DNA of 64,000 nt from Schleiferiaceae bacterium (GTDB lineage Bacteria; Bacteroidota; Bacteroidia; Flavobacteriales; Schleiferiaceae), in the NCBI GenBank assembly GCA_018401735.1, contig JAGYKI010000012.1, forward strand, positions 6,683-70,682, given 5' to 3'. The position numbers and the translations under genes were made by a program. The stretch's first letter is position 1. Every line of letters begins with the position of its first letter. The notes under the pieces are model-generated. The model was not told the origin of the DNA, did not search any database, and worked only from the letters and a program-made list of their open reading frames with translations. Below, in pieces: positions 1 through 10,031 of the stretch.

Positions 1-1
1 G

Positions 2-478
2 TCGGCGGGGAATTTCTATGTTTTTTCGGGCTTAAAGGTTTTTGTAGATGATTATAATGATGGCTTTTTTCTCTGCCAACCCGATCTCTTCTTTCGCAAC
101 CATTTTCCATTAGAACAAAAATGGACTTTATTAGATAGTTCCTATTCGAAACAGAAATTCTTATCGTCTGCCCTAGTTTATGGCGCCGCATTTAAATTTG
201 GCATTTTCCCAATTTTAGAATCAAACTTTCACCAGGATATTACTAAAGATGAAGAGATTGTCTTTAATTTTCAAATTACCGATAGCTTTAACTTTGAAGA
301 TCTTTATCTCGAATTGCTTACCGAAAACAAGGTTTTGTCTTTTGAAGCGGACTCTATACACCTTGAATACAATACCCTTATTTTGAAAACCTCTTTTAGT
401 AAAAAAGGTCTTTACGACTTGCATCTCAAATTAGGAGAGGATTATTTGTGCAGTTATGTGCTAAAGGTGAAGCGTTAA
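2..478 (+). CDS. 3' part of a transglutaminase-like (Cyk3/KY-type) domain protein, truncated by the window start
   Basis: Frame +2 is open from base 2 to TAA at 476-478 and is not in the ORF track. It translates ...DDYNDGFFLCQPDLFFRNHFPLEQKWTLL..., resembling the YFLxxPxxFIxxHFPxxxxWQLL segment of that family. Confidence 0.6.
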   Translation, partial: SAGNFYVFSGLKVFVDDYNDGFFLCQPDLFFRNHFPLEQKWTLLDSSYSKQKFLSSALVYGAAFKFGIFPILESNFHQDITKDEEIVFNFQITDSFNFEDLYLELLTENKVLSFEADSIHLEYNTLILKTSFSKKGLYDLHLKLGEDYLCSYVLKVKR

Positions 479-561
479 GATCCTATCTAAAATTTGAAAG
501 GATTTTTCTACCCATTCAATTCCGAGGATGCCTTTTCTTAAGATCATTTATTGTTAAATTA

Positions 562-918
562 ACCTGAGCTCGATTATAACTCTTAGCCTCAGATTTTTAA
601 TTAAAAGACAAGTCTAGATCATGCAGCGGTAGCGGGCTATATCAAATAAACTAGATGAAGTATTTTTCACTTTTATTGGAAAATCCATTTGTACCCTTTC
701 TAAAAGAGGCTTTAATTTTAAAGGTCATTGAAAGGCATTGCCAGCTATCTATAGCCTTTGAGATATTCATCCTAAAGCTTCTATTTTTGATCCCAGCAAA
801 CCGGGGCCTTAGTCTCTCGCAGCTTGTGGGACCAGATCCACAACACATCCACGAATACGAGGGCTTCGAGAGGCTCAGCTACCTGCAAGGCCAAGGGATT
901 TAATTGTATCACTCGCGT
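562..918 (-). mobile_element. Degenerate, longer copy of the ACGTG...CACGT miniature inverted-repeat element
   Basis: 562-712 aligns by eye to the reverse complement of the 28431-28691 copy (agcctcagattt, tctagatcatgcagcggtagcgggcta, ctagatg, ctttctaaaa). A possible far end (atcactcgcgt) lies at 908-918. Confidence 0.6.
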
Positions 919-1096
919 TTAAAAACTAGGGCTTGGATATACCAATCCTACTAAAAAGTAAAATGGAAAAATCTAAAAATTATTTCAAAAGGAAAATGCG
1001 TTTTAAACCTGGCTTTATTTAAATACTTATTTTTTAAAAAGAATTTTGGCAATTCGTGATTTATCCTAAATTAGCCAGCATTAACTTCAAAATATT

Positions 1097-1738
1097 ATGC
1101 TTAAACCAACTATTCAAACCTATTTTTTAGCCAGTCTTTTTAGTCTCTTTGGCTTCACAACGATGCTGCAAGCGCAAGAATTAAGCTTTGGCATAAACCT
1201 TGGCTATGCCCAGACACAAGGCGATCCTTTTAACAACCCTAGCAATAGTACAAATGTGTTTTCATTGGGTATAGGATATGATCTTGACTTACTCTATGTT
1301 TTCGAAAACGTAGAAGGATTAATGCTAGGAGTTTCTTACAATCGAAACATATTTTTTACCGCTAGTGATGAATCTGTATCCTACCTTGGATTCTATGGTT
1401 TAGCCTTGTATGGCGCAAAGTTGCATTACACGCTTCTCGATGATAAAAAGCTTTTAAGCCCTTTTGCAAGTTTAACTCTGGGTCTAGGTCAATTTAGTAC
1501 ACCTCCTCTAAGCTATTATGAGCCTTTAATAGACAATATTCAAATCGTTATTCCTCCAGGTATTGCCTTTAATTTTGGAATTAGACCCGAGTTAGGAATA
1601 CAAATCAACCGCTTTACTTTGTCTGTTTCCTACATAGTCCCCATGAACTATAACATTGAATGGTTTATCCAAGATTTGGAAGCTAAGGTTGGTTCTCTGA
1701 ATATCTGTGCGGGCTATCGTCACAATTTTAAGTTATAA
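1097..1738 (+). CDS. Outer-membrane beta-barrel (porin-like) protein
   Basis: Signal peptide, alternating beta-strand pattern and C-terminal GYRHNFKL. Confidence 0.65.
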   Translation: MLKPTIQTYFLASLFSLFGFTTMLQAQELSFGINLGYAQTQGDPFNNPSNSTNVFSLGIGYDLDLLYVFENVEGLMLGVSYNRNIFFTASDESVSYLGFYGLALYGAKLHYTLLDDKKLLSPFASLTLGLGQFSTPPLSYYEPLIDNIQIVIPPGIAFNFGIRPELGIQINRFTLSVSYIVPMNYNIEWFIQDLEAKVGSLNICAGYRHNFKL

Positions 1739-1756
1739 ATTCATAATAATTCATAA

Positions 1757-1794
1757 AAAACCCTCTTAACGAACAAGTTAAGGGGGTTTTATTT
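1757..1794 (+). terminator. Rho-independent terminator
   Basis: aaaaccctcttaac-gaacaa-gttaagggggtttt followed by a T-rich run. Confidence 0.7.
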
Positions 1795-1828
1795 TTGGCA
1801 ACACTTATCTTTACCCTAATATATTTTT

Positions 1829-4108
1829 ATGAAAGTCTGTAAAACCCTATTTTTTCTTGGTCTTTTCATCAGCTTACAAGCTCAAGTTGCTCATCCAATT
1901 GATGGTCCCCTTTACGATCCTAATGCAGTCTCCAAACTAGAAATCCTTATCCATGCCGACAGTCTTGCGGTTATTTTAGACCCTGCCAATGCTAGCTCCG
2001 ATCACGAATTTCCGGCGACCCTTATTTTCACCAATGGCAATCTAAATGATACGCTGACTAATATCGGCTTTCGTTTGCGTGGCAACACATCGCGACAAGC
2101 GGATAAAAAATCCTTTAAAGTTTCGATCAACAGCTTTAACAGTGGTCGCCGTTACCAAGGTTTTAAAGACTTTAACCTCAATGGTGAGCATAACGACCCG
2201 AGTATAAGTAGAGCACGTATTGCTTGGGAATTCGCTGCTGCAGAAGGGATAGCGAGTTCACGTTGCGTTCATAGTGAACTTTATATAAATGGCGATTATA
2301 AAGGTCTCTATATCAATACAGAACACATTAATAACGATTGGCTTAGTCATCGTTTTGGTAACAATACCGGTAATTTATACAAGTGTACCTATCCTGCTAA
2401 TTTGCGGTTTGTAAGCAATAACCCCAACGATTATAAGCTGACCAAAAACAACGGCGAAAGAGTTTATGAGCTGAAAACCAATGAAGATGTGGATGACTAT
2501 ACTAAACTAGCGCAGTTCATTGACATCTTAAATAACACGCCTCAAAATCAACTAGTTTGTAGTTTAGACTCTGTCTTTAATATTGAAAGTTATTTACAAA
2601 CCCTGGCCTTCGAAGTGATTATGGGGCATTGGGATAATTACAGCTTTAATCAGAATAATTATTACCTCTACGAAAACCCACAAACTGGAAAAATTGAATA
2701 CATCCCATACGATATTGACAATAGTATGGGAGTAGATTGGTTCGGAATAGATTGGTCAAGCCGAGATGTGAATAATTGGCATAATGCCGGACAAAATTTT
2801 CCTTTAGCCAATCGACTTTTAGCGATATCTTCCTTGAAGGATATTTACAAATATTATTTGCGTGATTATGCTACCAAAATTGGAAGTAATACTTTTAGAA
2901 ACAGTATAGATTCCATTAAAAATCAGATTAATAGCTACGCTTACGCAGATACCTTTAAAAGTCTCGACTACGGTTTCAGCAACAGCGATTTCGACCAAAG
3001 TTTCACAACCAATCAAGCAAATCAACACGTGAAAAAAGGCATCAAGCCTTATCTTAATACGCGCTCTAGCACCGCTTTAAATCAGCTTGGAACTTTCGAT
3101 ATTACTCCAATCATTCATTCACCTATTGCTGATGCTTCTAGCTTGCCAGGTCAAATCGTTTTTAAGGCACTAGTTGTAGATGAGTCTTTAAGTTCTGTGA
3201 GCTGTAATTATCAGATTAATAACGGATCCACTCAAAGTCTCACGCTTTACGACGATGGTCTTCATAACGATCAGCAGGCTAATGATGGCATCTATGCTAA
3301 TGCAATAGCTCAGCCTCTTAGTGGAAATATTTCTTATCAAATTACCGCGAGTGACACGCAAGGCAAACAAAGCACAAAACCCTGTACTGCCAATAACCTA
3401 AACATTCGATTAATTGGCGATTTAGTAATCAACGAGTTTATGGCGGATAATGATAATACCATTGCTGATAATAATGGCGCTTATAACGATTGGATTGAAC
3501 TTTACAATAATAGCAGCGATAGCGTTTACTTGGGCGATTATTATCTAAGTGACAACTCCTCTACTCCATTCGAATGGCAGCTTCCAAGCGATTACCTGGC
3601 CGCGGGAGGCTTCATTATTTTTTGGGCTTCCAGCGATACCACTGCGGGGATTTACCATACTAATTTCGGCTTATCCAAAGGCGGCGAAGAAATTATTCTG
3701 GCTAAAAATACTAATGGTCAAGTTGATACCGCCGATTTAATCACATTTGGCGCCCAATCCTCCGATATAAGCTATGGCCGCTTCTATGATGCTAGTCCTT
3801 CTTGGATTAGCTTCCCGGTGCCTACTCCCAATGCTTCCAATGGTACTTTAAGCCTTGAAGTCGCAAAAGGAAGCTTAAATTTTAATGTTTATCCAAATCC
3901 TTACTCCCACAGTTTCAGCTTGGATAATTCCAATGCTTCTGACTTGCACTTCCAATTACTGGACTTGCAAGGACGGGTTTTACAGTCTGGGAAAATTGCA
4001 TCTGGAACAAGTATTTCAATTTATGACGAGAGCGCTAAAGGCCTGCGCATCTTGGCTTTAAGCCTACATGGAGAAGCGATGCTGCGATACCTTTTAATTA
4101 AAAATTAG
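1829..4108 (+). CDS. CotH-family kinase with lamin-tail domain and T9SS type-A C-terminal domain
   Basis: RLRGNTSR...KKSFKV, HWDNY and PYDIDNSMG CotH motifs; VINEFMADN...DWIELYN lamin-tail domain; VYPNPY CTD. Confidence 0.85.
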   Translation: MKVCKTLFFLGLFISLQAQVAHPIDGPLYDPNAVSKLEILIHADSLAVILDPANASSDHEFPATLIFTNGNLNDTLTNIGFRLRGNTSRQADKKSFKVSINSFNSGRRYQGFKDFNLNGEHNDPSISRARIAWEFAAAEGIASSRCVHSELYINGDYKGLYINTEHINNDWLSHRFGNNTGNLYKCTYPANLRFVSNNPNDYKLTKNNGERVYELKTNEDVDDYTKLAQFIDILNNTPQNQLVCSLDSVFNIESYLQTLAFEVIMGHWDNYSFNQNNYYLYENPQTGKIEYIPYDIDNSMGVDWFGIDWSSRDVNNWHNAGQNFPLANRLLAISSLKDIYKYYLRDYATKIGSNTFRNSIDSIKNQINSYAYADTFKSLDYGFSNSDFDQSFTTNQANQHVKKGIKPYLNTRSSTALNQLGTFDITPIIHSPIADASSLPGQIVFKALVVDESLSSVSCNYQINNGSTQSLTLYDDGLHNDQQANDGIYANAIAQPLSGNISYQITASDTQGKQSTKPCTANNLNIRLIGDLVINEFMADNDNTIADNNGAYNDWIELYNNSSDSVYLGDYYLSDNSSTPFEWQLPSDYLAAGGFIIFWASSDTTAGIYHTNFGLSKGGEEIILAKNTNGQVDTADLITFGAQSSDISYGRFYDASPSWISFPVPTPNASNGTLSLEVAKGSLNFNVYPNPYSHSFSLDNSNASDLHFQLLDLQGRVLQSGKIASGTSISIYDESAKGLRILALSLHGEAMLRYLLIKN

Positions 4109-4270
4109 TAGTCTAGGCACCTAGGTGTAATTCCATAATGACCGATATAAAAGTACCCAGCTGTACCTACTATTAGCGGCTTATTTGTAAAGAATCATAA
4201 ACTTTTTGTATACAATATTTTACATTTAGTAAATAATACCATACATTTGATCATCTTAAAAATCAAAATT

Positions 4271-4750
4271 ATGAGCTTATTACTGCCCCATCGTTTTAAA
4301 AAGGTAAGTCGGATTCTGTTTTATCTCTTTTTCGGCTTCGGGATTTATTACATGCTATTTTTAGAGGGAGATCCAAAAGTCGAGGAGCTTTTTACCTTTA
4401 AAGTCCCCGCTTTAATCAACGACGAAATATTCGGTCCTGCTGAAAGCGGTTGGATTGAAACCATTTACCTGGATGAACTGCTTTCTGTTTTCATTATCGT
4501 TTTTGGCCTTATGTCTGGCTTTTCTAAAGAAAAGCATGAGGATGAACTGATAGACAAACTACGTAATGATGCCTTGCGCATTAGCCTTTTTATAAGCTAT
4601 GGCATTTTATTACTGACAGTTTTAAGTATTTTCGGAATGATCTTTTTAACCTTTCTCTTTGCTCAACTCTTCCTCATTCTTTTTCTTTTCAACCTAATCT
4701 TCGACCTTAAGTTATTGAAGCATTATAAAACGGCTAGTAATGACGAATAA
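4271..4750 (+). CDS. Hypothetical membrane protein (about 4 TM segments)
   Basis: Hydrophobic segments and SKEKHEDELIDKLR motif. The ATG at 4271 is preferred over the TTG at 4247. Overlaps the HTH gene. Confidence 0.7.
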   Translation: MSLLLPHRFKKVSRILFYLFFGFGIYYMLFLEGDPKVEELFTFKVPALINDEIFGPAESGWIETIYLDELLSVFIIVFGLMSGFSKEKHEDELIDKLRNDALRISLFISYGILLLTVLSIFGMIFLTFLFAQLFLILFLFNLIFDLKLLKHYKTASNDE

Positions 4751-4934
4751 GATTAGAGTGTACCGCAGCATGAATAAGATTTCGCAGCAAGATTTAGCGG
4801 AAAAGCTAGCCGTTAGCCGACAAACCATTAATGCCATAGAAAATGATAAATACTCTCCTTCCCTAGAGCTGGCGCTAAAAATGACCAAACTTTTCGATTG
4901 TAAAGTTGAGGATCTTTTCTCTTTGGAAGATTAG
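4740..4934 (+). CDS. XRE/Cro-family helix-turn-helix transcriptional regulator
   Basis: 64 aa; SQQDLAEKLAVSRQTINAIENDKYSPSLELA. Confidence 0.92.
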   Translation: MTNKIRVYRSMNKISQQDLAEKLAVSRQTINAIENDKYSPSLELALKMTKLFDCKVEDLFSLED

Positions 4935-4960
4935 TTTATTTAAAGTTTTCGCAAGAATTT

Positions 4961-4999
4961 GAGGCAAGAAGGGATTTAATCTTCTTGCCTCTTTCTTTT
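4961..4999 (+). terminator. Rho-independent terminator
   Basis: gaggcaagaag-ggatttaat-cttcttgcctc followed by tttctttt. Confidence 0.75.
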
Positions 5000-5096
5000 G
5001 TCTTCAAGCGGAATCTTATACAAAGTTTACATTGCATAGCTTTACAGCCCTAGATTAAATATTGACTAGCCTTAACAGCAAACAAAAGTTCAGCAC

Positions 5097-5690
5097 ATGA
5101 AAAAACACAGTATCACCCTAATTTTATGCGTTTTTGCCTTATTCAGCTACGGGCAGCATCGCATGGAAATTAGAGGCTCCAACAATATTACTGGACTGCC
5201 TTTTAATTCTTACCCCGCCCTATTCTATTCTAATTTTCATCCGGGTATAGATTTAGGCATTCAACACCGAATTAACACTGGTGAAATACATCAATGGGCG
5301 GTGAGTGGTAACATTGGAATGTTTTACCATCGCTTTATTCAAACGGGAATAAAAATTTACCCTTCTCTAGACTACGCCTACACGATTGGTTCCAAGTGGA
5401 AATTAAAAGCGTCCCTTGACCTTGGCTATCTTATGGCGATTAATAATGTAGCGGTTTTAGAATTGCAAGATGATGGTAACTATCAGTCTCGCGCTTTAAA
5501 CAAGGTGCGTTCTCAGTTTATGCTAGGCTGGCGAATCGGCGCTTCTTATTGCCCTTCGGGAGATTCTCATGGTATGGCTTTTACTTTAGCTTTTGGAAGC
5601 TTTCTTCAGGGACCTTATGTTTCGGGCTATGTTCCCTTATTGCCTTACAATACTTTTTCGCTAGGTATTGATATGCCCATTAACCTTTAA
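5097..5690 (+). CDS. Hypothetical exported, probably outer-membrane beta-barrel protein
   Basis: Signal peptide and amphipathic strands; 9 bp upstream of the serine hydrolase. Confidence 0.6.
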   Translation: MKKHSITLILCVFALFSYGQHRMEIRGSNNITGLPFNSYPALFYSNFHPGIDLGIQHRINTGEIHQWAVSGNIGMFYHRFIQTGIKIYPSLDYAYTIGSKWKLKASLDLGYLMAINNVAVLELQDDGNYQSRALNKVRSQFMLGWRIGASYCPSGDSHGMAFTLAFGSFLQGPYVSGYVPLLPYNTFSLGIDMPINL

Positions 5691-5699
5691 TCTAAACCA

Positions 5700-6860
5700 A
5701 TGTCTATAAAAAATGTATTTTTCGCAGCTGCCCTCTTAAGTATAGCCGCCTGCCAAGAAGCAGATGTACAAGCTACAGAGTCTATAAACTGCACTGTTTC
5801 TACTGATGCTCATCCTAAATCACAAGCCTTTCAGGCCATTTTAGACAAGTATAAAAACTTAGGACTACCGGGGATTTCTGTTTTAGTCGAAGATTCGTCT
5901 GGTTCTTATATTGGCAGCGCTGGTTTCGCAGATCTTGAAGGTGGTGTGGAATTTACTCCTTGTCACCCTTCCAAAGCGGCCAGTATCACCAAACTGATGG
6001 TGGGTGTCTTAACCTTTAAACTACAGGAAGAAGGTCTTCTAGATATTGACGACCCCATCTCTGCTTATATTGATGCTGATATTTTAGATAAACTCGATAA
6101 TGCCGAAGGGCTTACTATTAAAGAATGTATGAATCATACCACGGGTATTTTCGACCTGATCACAAGTAGTGAGTTTTATTTGGCTGTTATCAATAACCCT
6201 AATCGGGTTTGGCGCCAAGAAGAGTTACTAGAGTTCGCTTATAATCAGGGGGCTATCGAATTTGAAGCTCCTTTTACCGCTAGCTATTCCAATACCAATA
6301 CCACTCTTGTTTCCATGTGCATTGAGAAAGCTACCGGCCGTGATCATGGCGAATTATTGAGAGAGAAAATATTGAACCCTTTAGGAATGTCAGACACCTA
6401 TTATCAGGGACGGGAAGATTTACCAAATAATGCAGCGCAGGGTTATTTCGATCTACATAATAATGGTACCATCGTAAACGTGTCTAATATGATTACCGGT
6501 AGCGGTAACGGTTATGGCGGCGTTTACTCTACCGTAGAAGACTTAAATGTATTTATTCGGGCACTCTATGTAGACAAAAGTATCATAAGCGAGGCTTCAC
6601 TTTTAGAAATGGAAGACTTTCATTTAGCACGCGATAATTTTTACACGGGAGTTGGCAACATTAAAAAGTTTACTGAAAAATCGGCTTTTGGCTTGGGCCA
6701 TACTGGTCGTGACTTAGGCTATAGTGCCGATTTGTTCTACTTTCCCACGGCTGAAGTTTCGATGGCATTTTTCGTGAATTACGGAACAAATGGTGCGAGT
6801 AACTTAAAAGAAGTTTTTGAAGATTTCGAAAGCGAACTTGTTGACGAAATTCTGCGCTAA
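5700..6860 (+). CDS. Serine hydrolase, beta-lactamase/AmpC-like family, lipoprotein
   Basis: Lipobox SIAAC; SxxK motif (ASITK); SYSNTN; GHTG. Confidence 0.88.
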   Translation: MSIKNVFFAAALLSIAACQEADVQATESINCTVSTDAHPKSQAFQAILDKYKNLGLPGISVLVEDSSGSYIGSAGFADLEGGVEFTPCHPSKAASITKLMVGVLTFKLQEEGLLDIDDPISAYIDADILDKLDNAEGLTIKECMNHTTGIFDLITSSEFYLAVINNPNRVWRQEELLEFAYNQGAIEFEAPFTASYSNTNTTLVSMCIEKATGRDHGELLREKILNPLGMSDTYYQGREDLPNNAAQGYFDLHNNGTIVNVSNMITGSGNGYGGVYSTVEDLNVFIRALYVDKSIISEASLLEMEDFHLARDNFYTGVGNIKKFTEKSAFGLGHTGRDLGYSADLFYFPTAEVSMAFFVNYGTNGASNLKEVFEDFESELVDEILR

Positions 6861-6882
6861 ATCTTACAAAATCATTAAAAAC

Positions 6883-6918
6883 AAAAAAGGCTAGCAGTAC
6901 CAACTCCTAGCCTTTTTT
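6883..6918. terminator. Bidirectional terminator between convergent genes
   Basis: aaaaaaggctag...ctagcctttttt. Confidence 0.75.
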
Positions 6919-6934
6919 ATTCTATTTTATTAGC

Positions 6935-7859
6935 TTAATTTTTCACCAATTTTCTGGTGGCTAATACTTTTGAGTCCCAGCTAAACTGTATTAAATAAGT
7001 CCCTCTCGATAAAGTCTTGGTATTAATGCTTAAGGTTTTTCCTTCCTGCTTTGACTGTAAATTTTGTACTTTCTTTCCACTTAAGTCTAAAACCGTAAAT
7101 TCTATTGCATCTGCGTAAGCGGGTATTTCTACTTTCAACTCATCACCCACAGGATTTGGGTAAATATTGAATTGCGACTTTTCAAACTCTTTTGTGCTAA
7201 TGTCGGCCGCGATATTATAGACTGCTGAGCTTGAATTATTGCCAATGCTGGTATATACATTAATATCCCACAAGCCAGTACTGGCCGAAAGTGGTACATT
7301 TAAGTCAGCGCTAAAACTTGTCCCATTAATAATTTGAATATTGAAAAGCCTTCAATTACCTGATTGCCTTTGCTTAACCAAACTTTCGATATTTTCTGAC
7401 GCCAGATTTTTAAAACTTGCCCCAGTTACATTGAAAGTTACATTTAAGTTTTGCCCCGGTTTAGCACCGGGAGAATTGGTGGAAATTACATTCTGCCCGC
7501 CGGTAATAACTTCAAAAGCCGCCAATCTTATTAATTGTACTTGAACCTGAATTAATCCATTAGATCATAAAAACCTAAAGTACTAGAACCAGGGACACTT
7601 AAATTGGCTGAAAGGGTAGTATTATTTACCGCTACAATGTTTGAAAAACAGTATTGCTACCCTGCCCCATAATTTGCTGAACCTTGTGACAGAATTAAAC
7701 TTACAGAGCCTTGGTAAAGGCTGTGTTCTGACCAGAAATTATAATGGGTAAAGTTTGTCCATTTTGCCCGACAGATGGGTTTAAAATCGAAACGGATTGT
7801 GCATAAAGTCCTCCTGCTAATAGGATTGCTAAGGATACAGAGAATAATTTTTTAGACAT
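6935..7859 (-). pseudogene. T9SS type-A cargo protein with repeated Ig/IPT-like domains, multiply frameshifted
   Basis: ATG at 7859 gives MSKKLFSVSLAILLAGGLYAQSVSILNPSVGQNGQTLPIIISGQN, then stops. Several frame changes are needed to reach the intact CTD (FNIYPNPVGD...GTYLIQ) at 6935-7273. Confidence 0.75.
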
Positions 7860-7942
7860 AGAGCTTGTTGCTAATTTGTTCTGCCATAGTAACGCTATTA
7901 ATAAAGAGATAGTTAGGTGAACTAGTTAAAGATTATCCCTTA

Positions 7943-9970
7943 TTACTCTTGCAGCCTTCGAAGAAGGGCTTCTTCAAAGCTAATTTCTTCCTGACGGGCC
8001 GCTTCGTAGCAATCCATTATGGTCTGCTCTGTTAAGCCCGCACAAAATTCGCGCAAGGCCTGATCAAATGATTGGCAAAGCAACTTAAACTGAGCCATTA
8101 CTATCGCTTTTCTATAGAGGCCCAAGCTTGGATGATCGGGACGATCTACGGCAAAAATTGGCTCGTACTTTACCAGAAATTCAAAGGCTTCCGTTATTCG
8201 GCCACCATTAAAATAGGCTGCCATTAAGTTTAAGGCGCCGTCTAAATATTTGGGAGAAACATCCAAAGCCTGCTGGTAAAAATTTATTGCGCTATCTAAA
8301 TCTCCTACTAAGAGGTTGATATTCGCCAAATTATTGATCACATGTATGTTATTTGGATGTAATTTATAGGCCAACTCAAAATCTGCTTTTGATTGACTAT
8401 AGTTTTGTAAATTAAGATGGGCAAGGCCGCTGTAAAAACAAATCGGTATGGACACTGGATCAATTTGATAAAATCTATTTCCCTCTAACGCATTAGTATA
8501 AATCAAAAGTTTCTGCCAATTGCCCTCTGAACGGGCCTGGTTAATTTTTACCGTCAACTTCTCACCCTGCCACCAATTCAATCCAAAGGTCAAGCCTAGA
8601 AGTCCAATTAAAGCGGCCAGCGTTTTAATTAGCAAAGAAGCTCTTAAACTTAGCTCTGCCTTCTTGCGAAAGCTTAGAATAGACGCTATCCCTAAATAAA
8701 GCAGAATTTGATGAAAAACTCTTTCACGCGGAAAGCTAAACTGCGCAGCAACTAAATAGGCTATCAGTCCCGCAAGTAAGAGTCTTACAAACTGCCGCTC
8801 TTCCTTACTTAAAGCACTATTTCCAGCGCTCTGTAAGGCAGAAGCCGATATAAAAACAAATAGCGTCAGATAACTCAGAAATCCTAAAATGCCCAATTCG
8901 GAGAGTACCCAAAGGAAGTCGTTATGCGGTCTCTGAAACTGCACCATTCCCTGTCTTGCGCGCCAAATATCCGAACCATAAGCAGGAAACTGAATTTTCC
9001 AATTACCCGCTCCTACTCCGCCCCAACCATTATCCCAAATCATATTTAAGGTGGCTTTCCAAAGTAAAAGTCGCTCCGAAACGGTGAAGTTTTTTTCTTC
9101 CGTAGATGAAATACTTACCGAAGTCTTTAATTCTTGCGCTTTTTTGATACTGCCTTCCTCTTTTATTTTAATTAGGATAAATACCAACAACAAACCTATT
9201 AATAAGCCCACAAAACTTAAAAGCCAGTATTTCATTTTTACTTTGCGAAAGGCTCGACTTGCTAGGCCGCTTAAAGCAAAAACCATGGTGAAAACCACGG
9301 CCGCAATCCAAACAGTTCGCGATTCAAGAACCACAATAAGCGCTATGGAAGCGAGTAAACTCACCGTGCCTAGAAATCGCCAAAATCCCTTTCCTTTCCA
9401 GCTAATAAATATTAACCATGGCCAGGCCAATAGCAAAGCTGAAGCGAGTAGATTACGATGCCCCATGAAGGAACTAACTTGGTATAACATTTCAGAGTTT
9501 TGCCAAGCTTGAAACTCAAATAATTGAAAGTACGCAAAGGCTAAAAGGATAATACTGCAAATAACTAATGCTTTAGCTAACCAAAATTTTGCTGAGTGAT
9601 TATTTAATAGGAAAACAATTAAAATTAAAAAACAAAAGAGCAGTAAATCGCCAAGCAGTGGCTTAAAAGCTTCATGAGGATTCTGCGCATAAAATAAACT
9701 GAGAGCCTCAATAATTAGAAAAGGGATAAAAACTCCCGACCATTGAGCGACTTGCCACGTCTTTTTGAAAAAGGCAAAAAACGCAAGGATAAACACCAGC
9801 AAACCTAAAAAGCTCAAGCGTGGCGCTAAACAAGGATCTAAGATATCCTTAATATAAACAAGTGGTATAATAGCGATGGAAAAGGACAGAAATACTAGTG
9901 CTAAGTGACCATTGCGCAAAGACTTAAGCGATACTCTCATGAGGCAAAGATGCCATTTTTCCTTAATCAT
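7943..9970 (-). CDS. O-antigen ligase (Wzy_C) family membrane protein with C-terminal TPR repeats
   Basis: Many TM segments; ERLLLWKATLNMI...GVGAGNW and RPHNDFL motifs; TPR-like tail. Confidence 0.85.
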   Translation of the reverse strand: MIKEKWHLCLMRVSLKSLRNGHLALVFLSFSIAIIPLVYIKDILDPCLAPRLSFLGLLVFILAFFAFFKKTWQVAQWSGVFIPFLIIEALSLFYAQNPHEAFKPLLGDLLLFCFLILIVFLLNNHSAKFWLAKALVICSIILLAFAYFQLFEFQAWQNSEMLYQVSSFMGHRNLLASALLLAWPWLIFISWKGKGFWRFLGTVSLLASIALIVVLESRTVWIAAVVFTMVFALSGLASRAFRKVKMKYWLLSFVGLLIGLLLVFILIKIKEEGSIKKAQELKTSVSISSTEEKNFTVSERLLLWKATLNMIWDNGWGGVGAGNWKIQFPAYGSDIWRARQGMVQFQRPHNDFLWVLSELGILGFLSYLTLFVFISASALQSAGNSALSKEERQFVRLLLAGLIAYLVAAQFSFPRERVFHQILLYLGIASILSFRKKAELSLRASLLIKTLAALIGLLGLTFGLNWWQGEKLTVKINQARSEGNWQKLLIYTNALEGNRFYQIDPVSIPICFYSGLAHLNLQNYSQSKADFELAYKLHPNNIHVINNLANINLLVGDLDSAINFYQQALDVSPKYLDGALNLMAAYFNGGRITEAFEFLVKYEPIFAVDRPDHPSLGLYRKAIVMAQFKLLCQSFDQALREFCAGLTEQTIMDCYEAARQEEISFEEALLRRLQE

Positions 9971-10031
9971 TTTTTATGCATCCAAGGCGGGTTAAATAAA
10001 GTCAGCCGAAAATTTAGCTACTTTTAAATCC

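Noticed and set aside
221-424. 67-aa minus-strand ORF in the track
   Set aside because: Shadow of the real + strand CDS ending at 478.
651-903. Two overlapping short ORFs (65 and 82 aa)
   Set aside because: They lie inside the degenerate repeat element, have no recognisable motifs and do not resemble a transposase.
4185-4230. Possible TGTAAA/TTTACA operator for the XRE regulator, echoed near 5020-5046
   Set aside because: Half-site spacing is inconsistent between the sites and the region is very AT-rich; not supportable.
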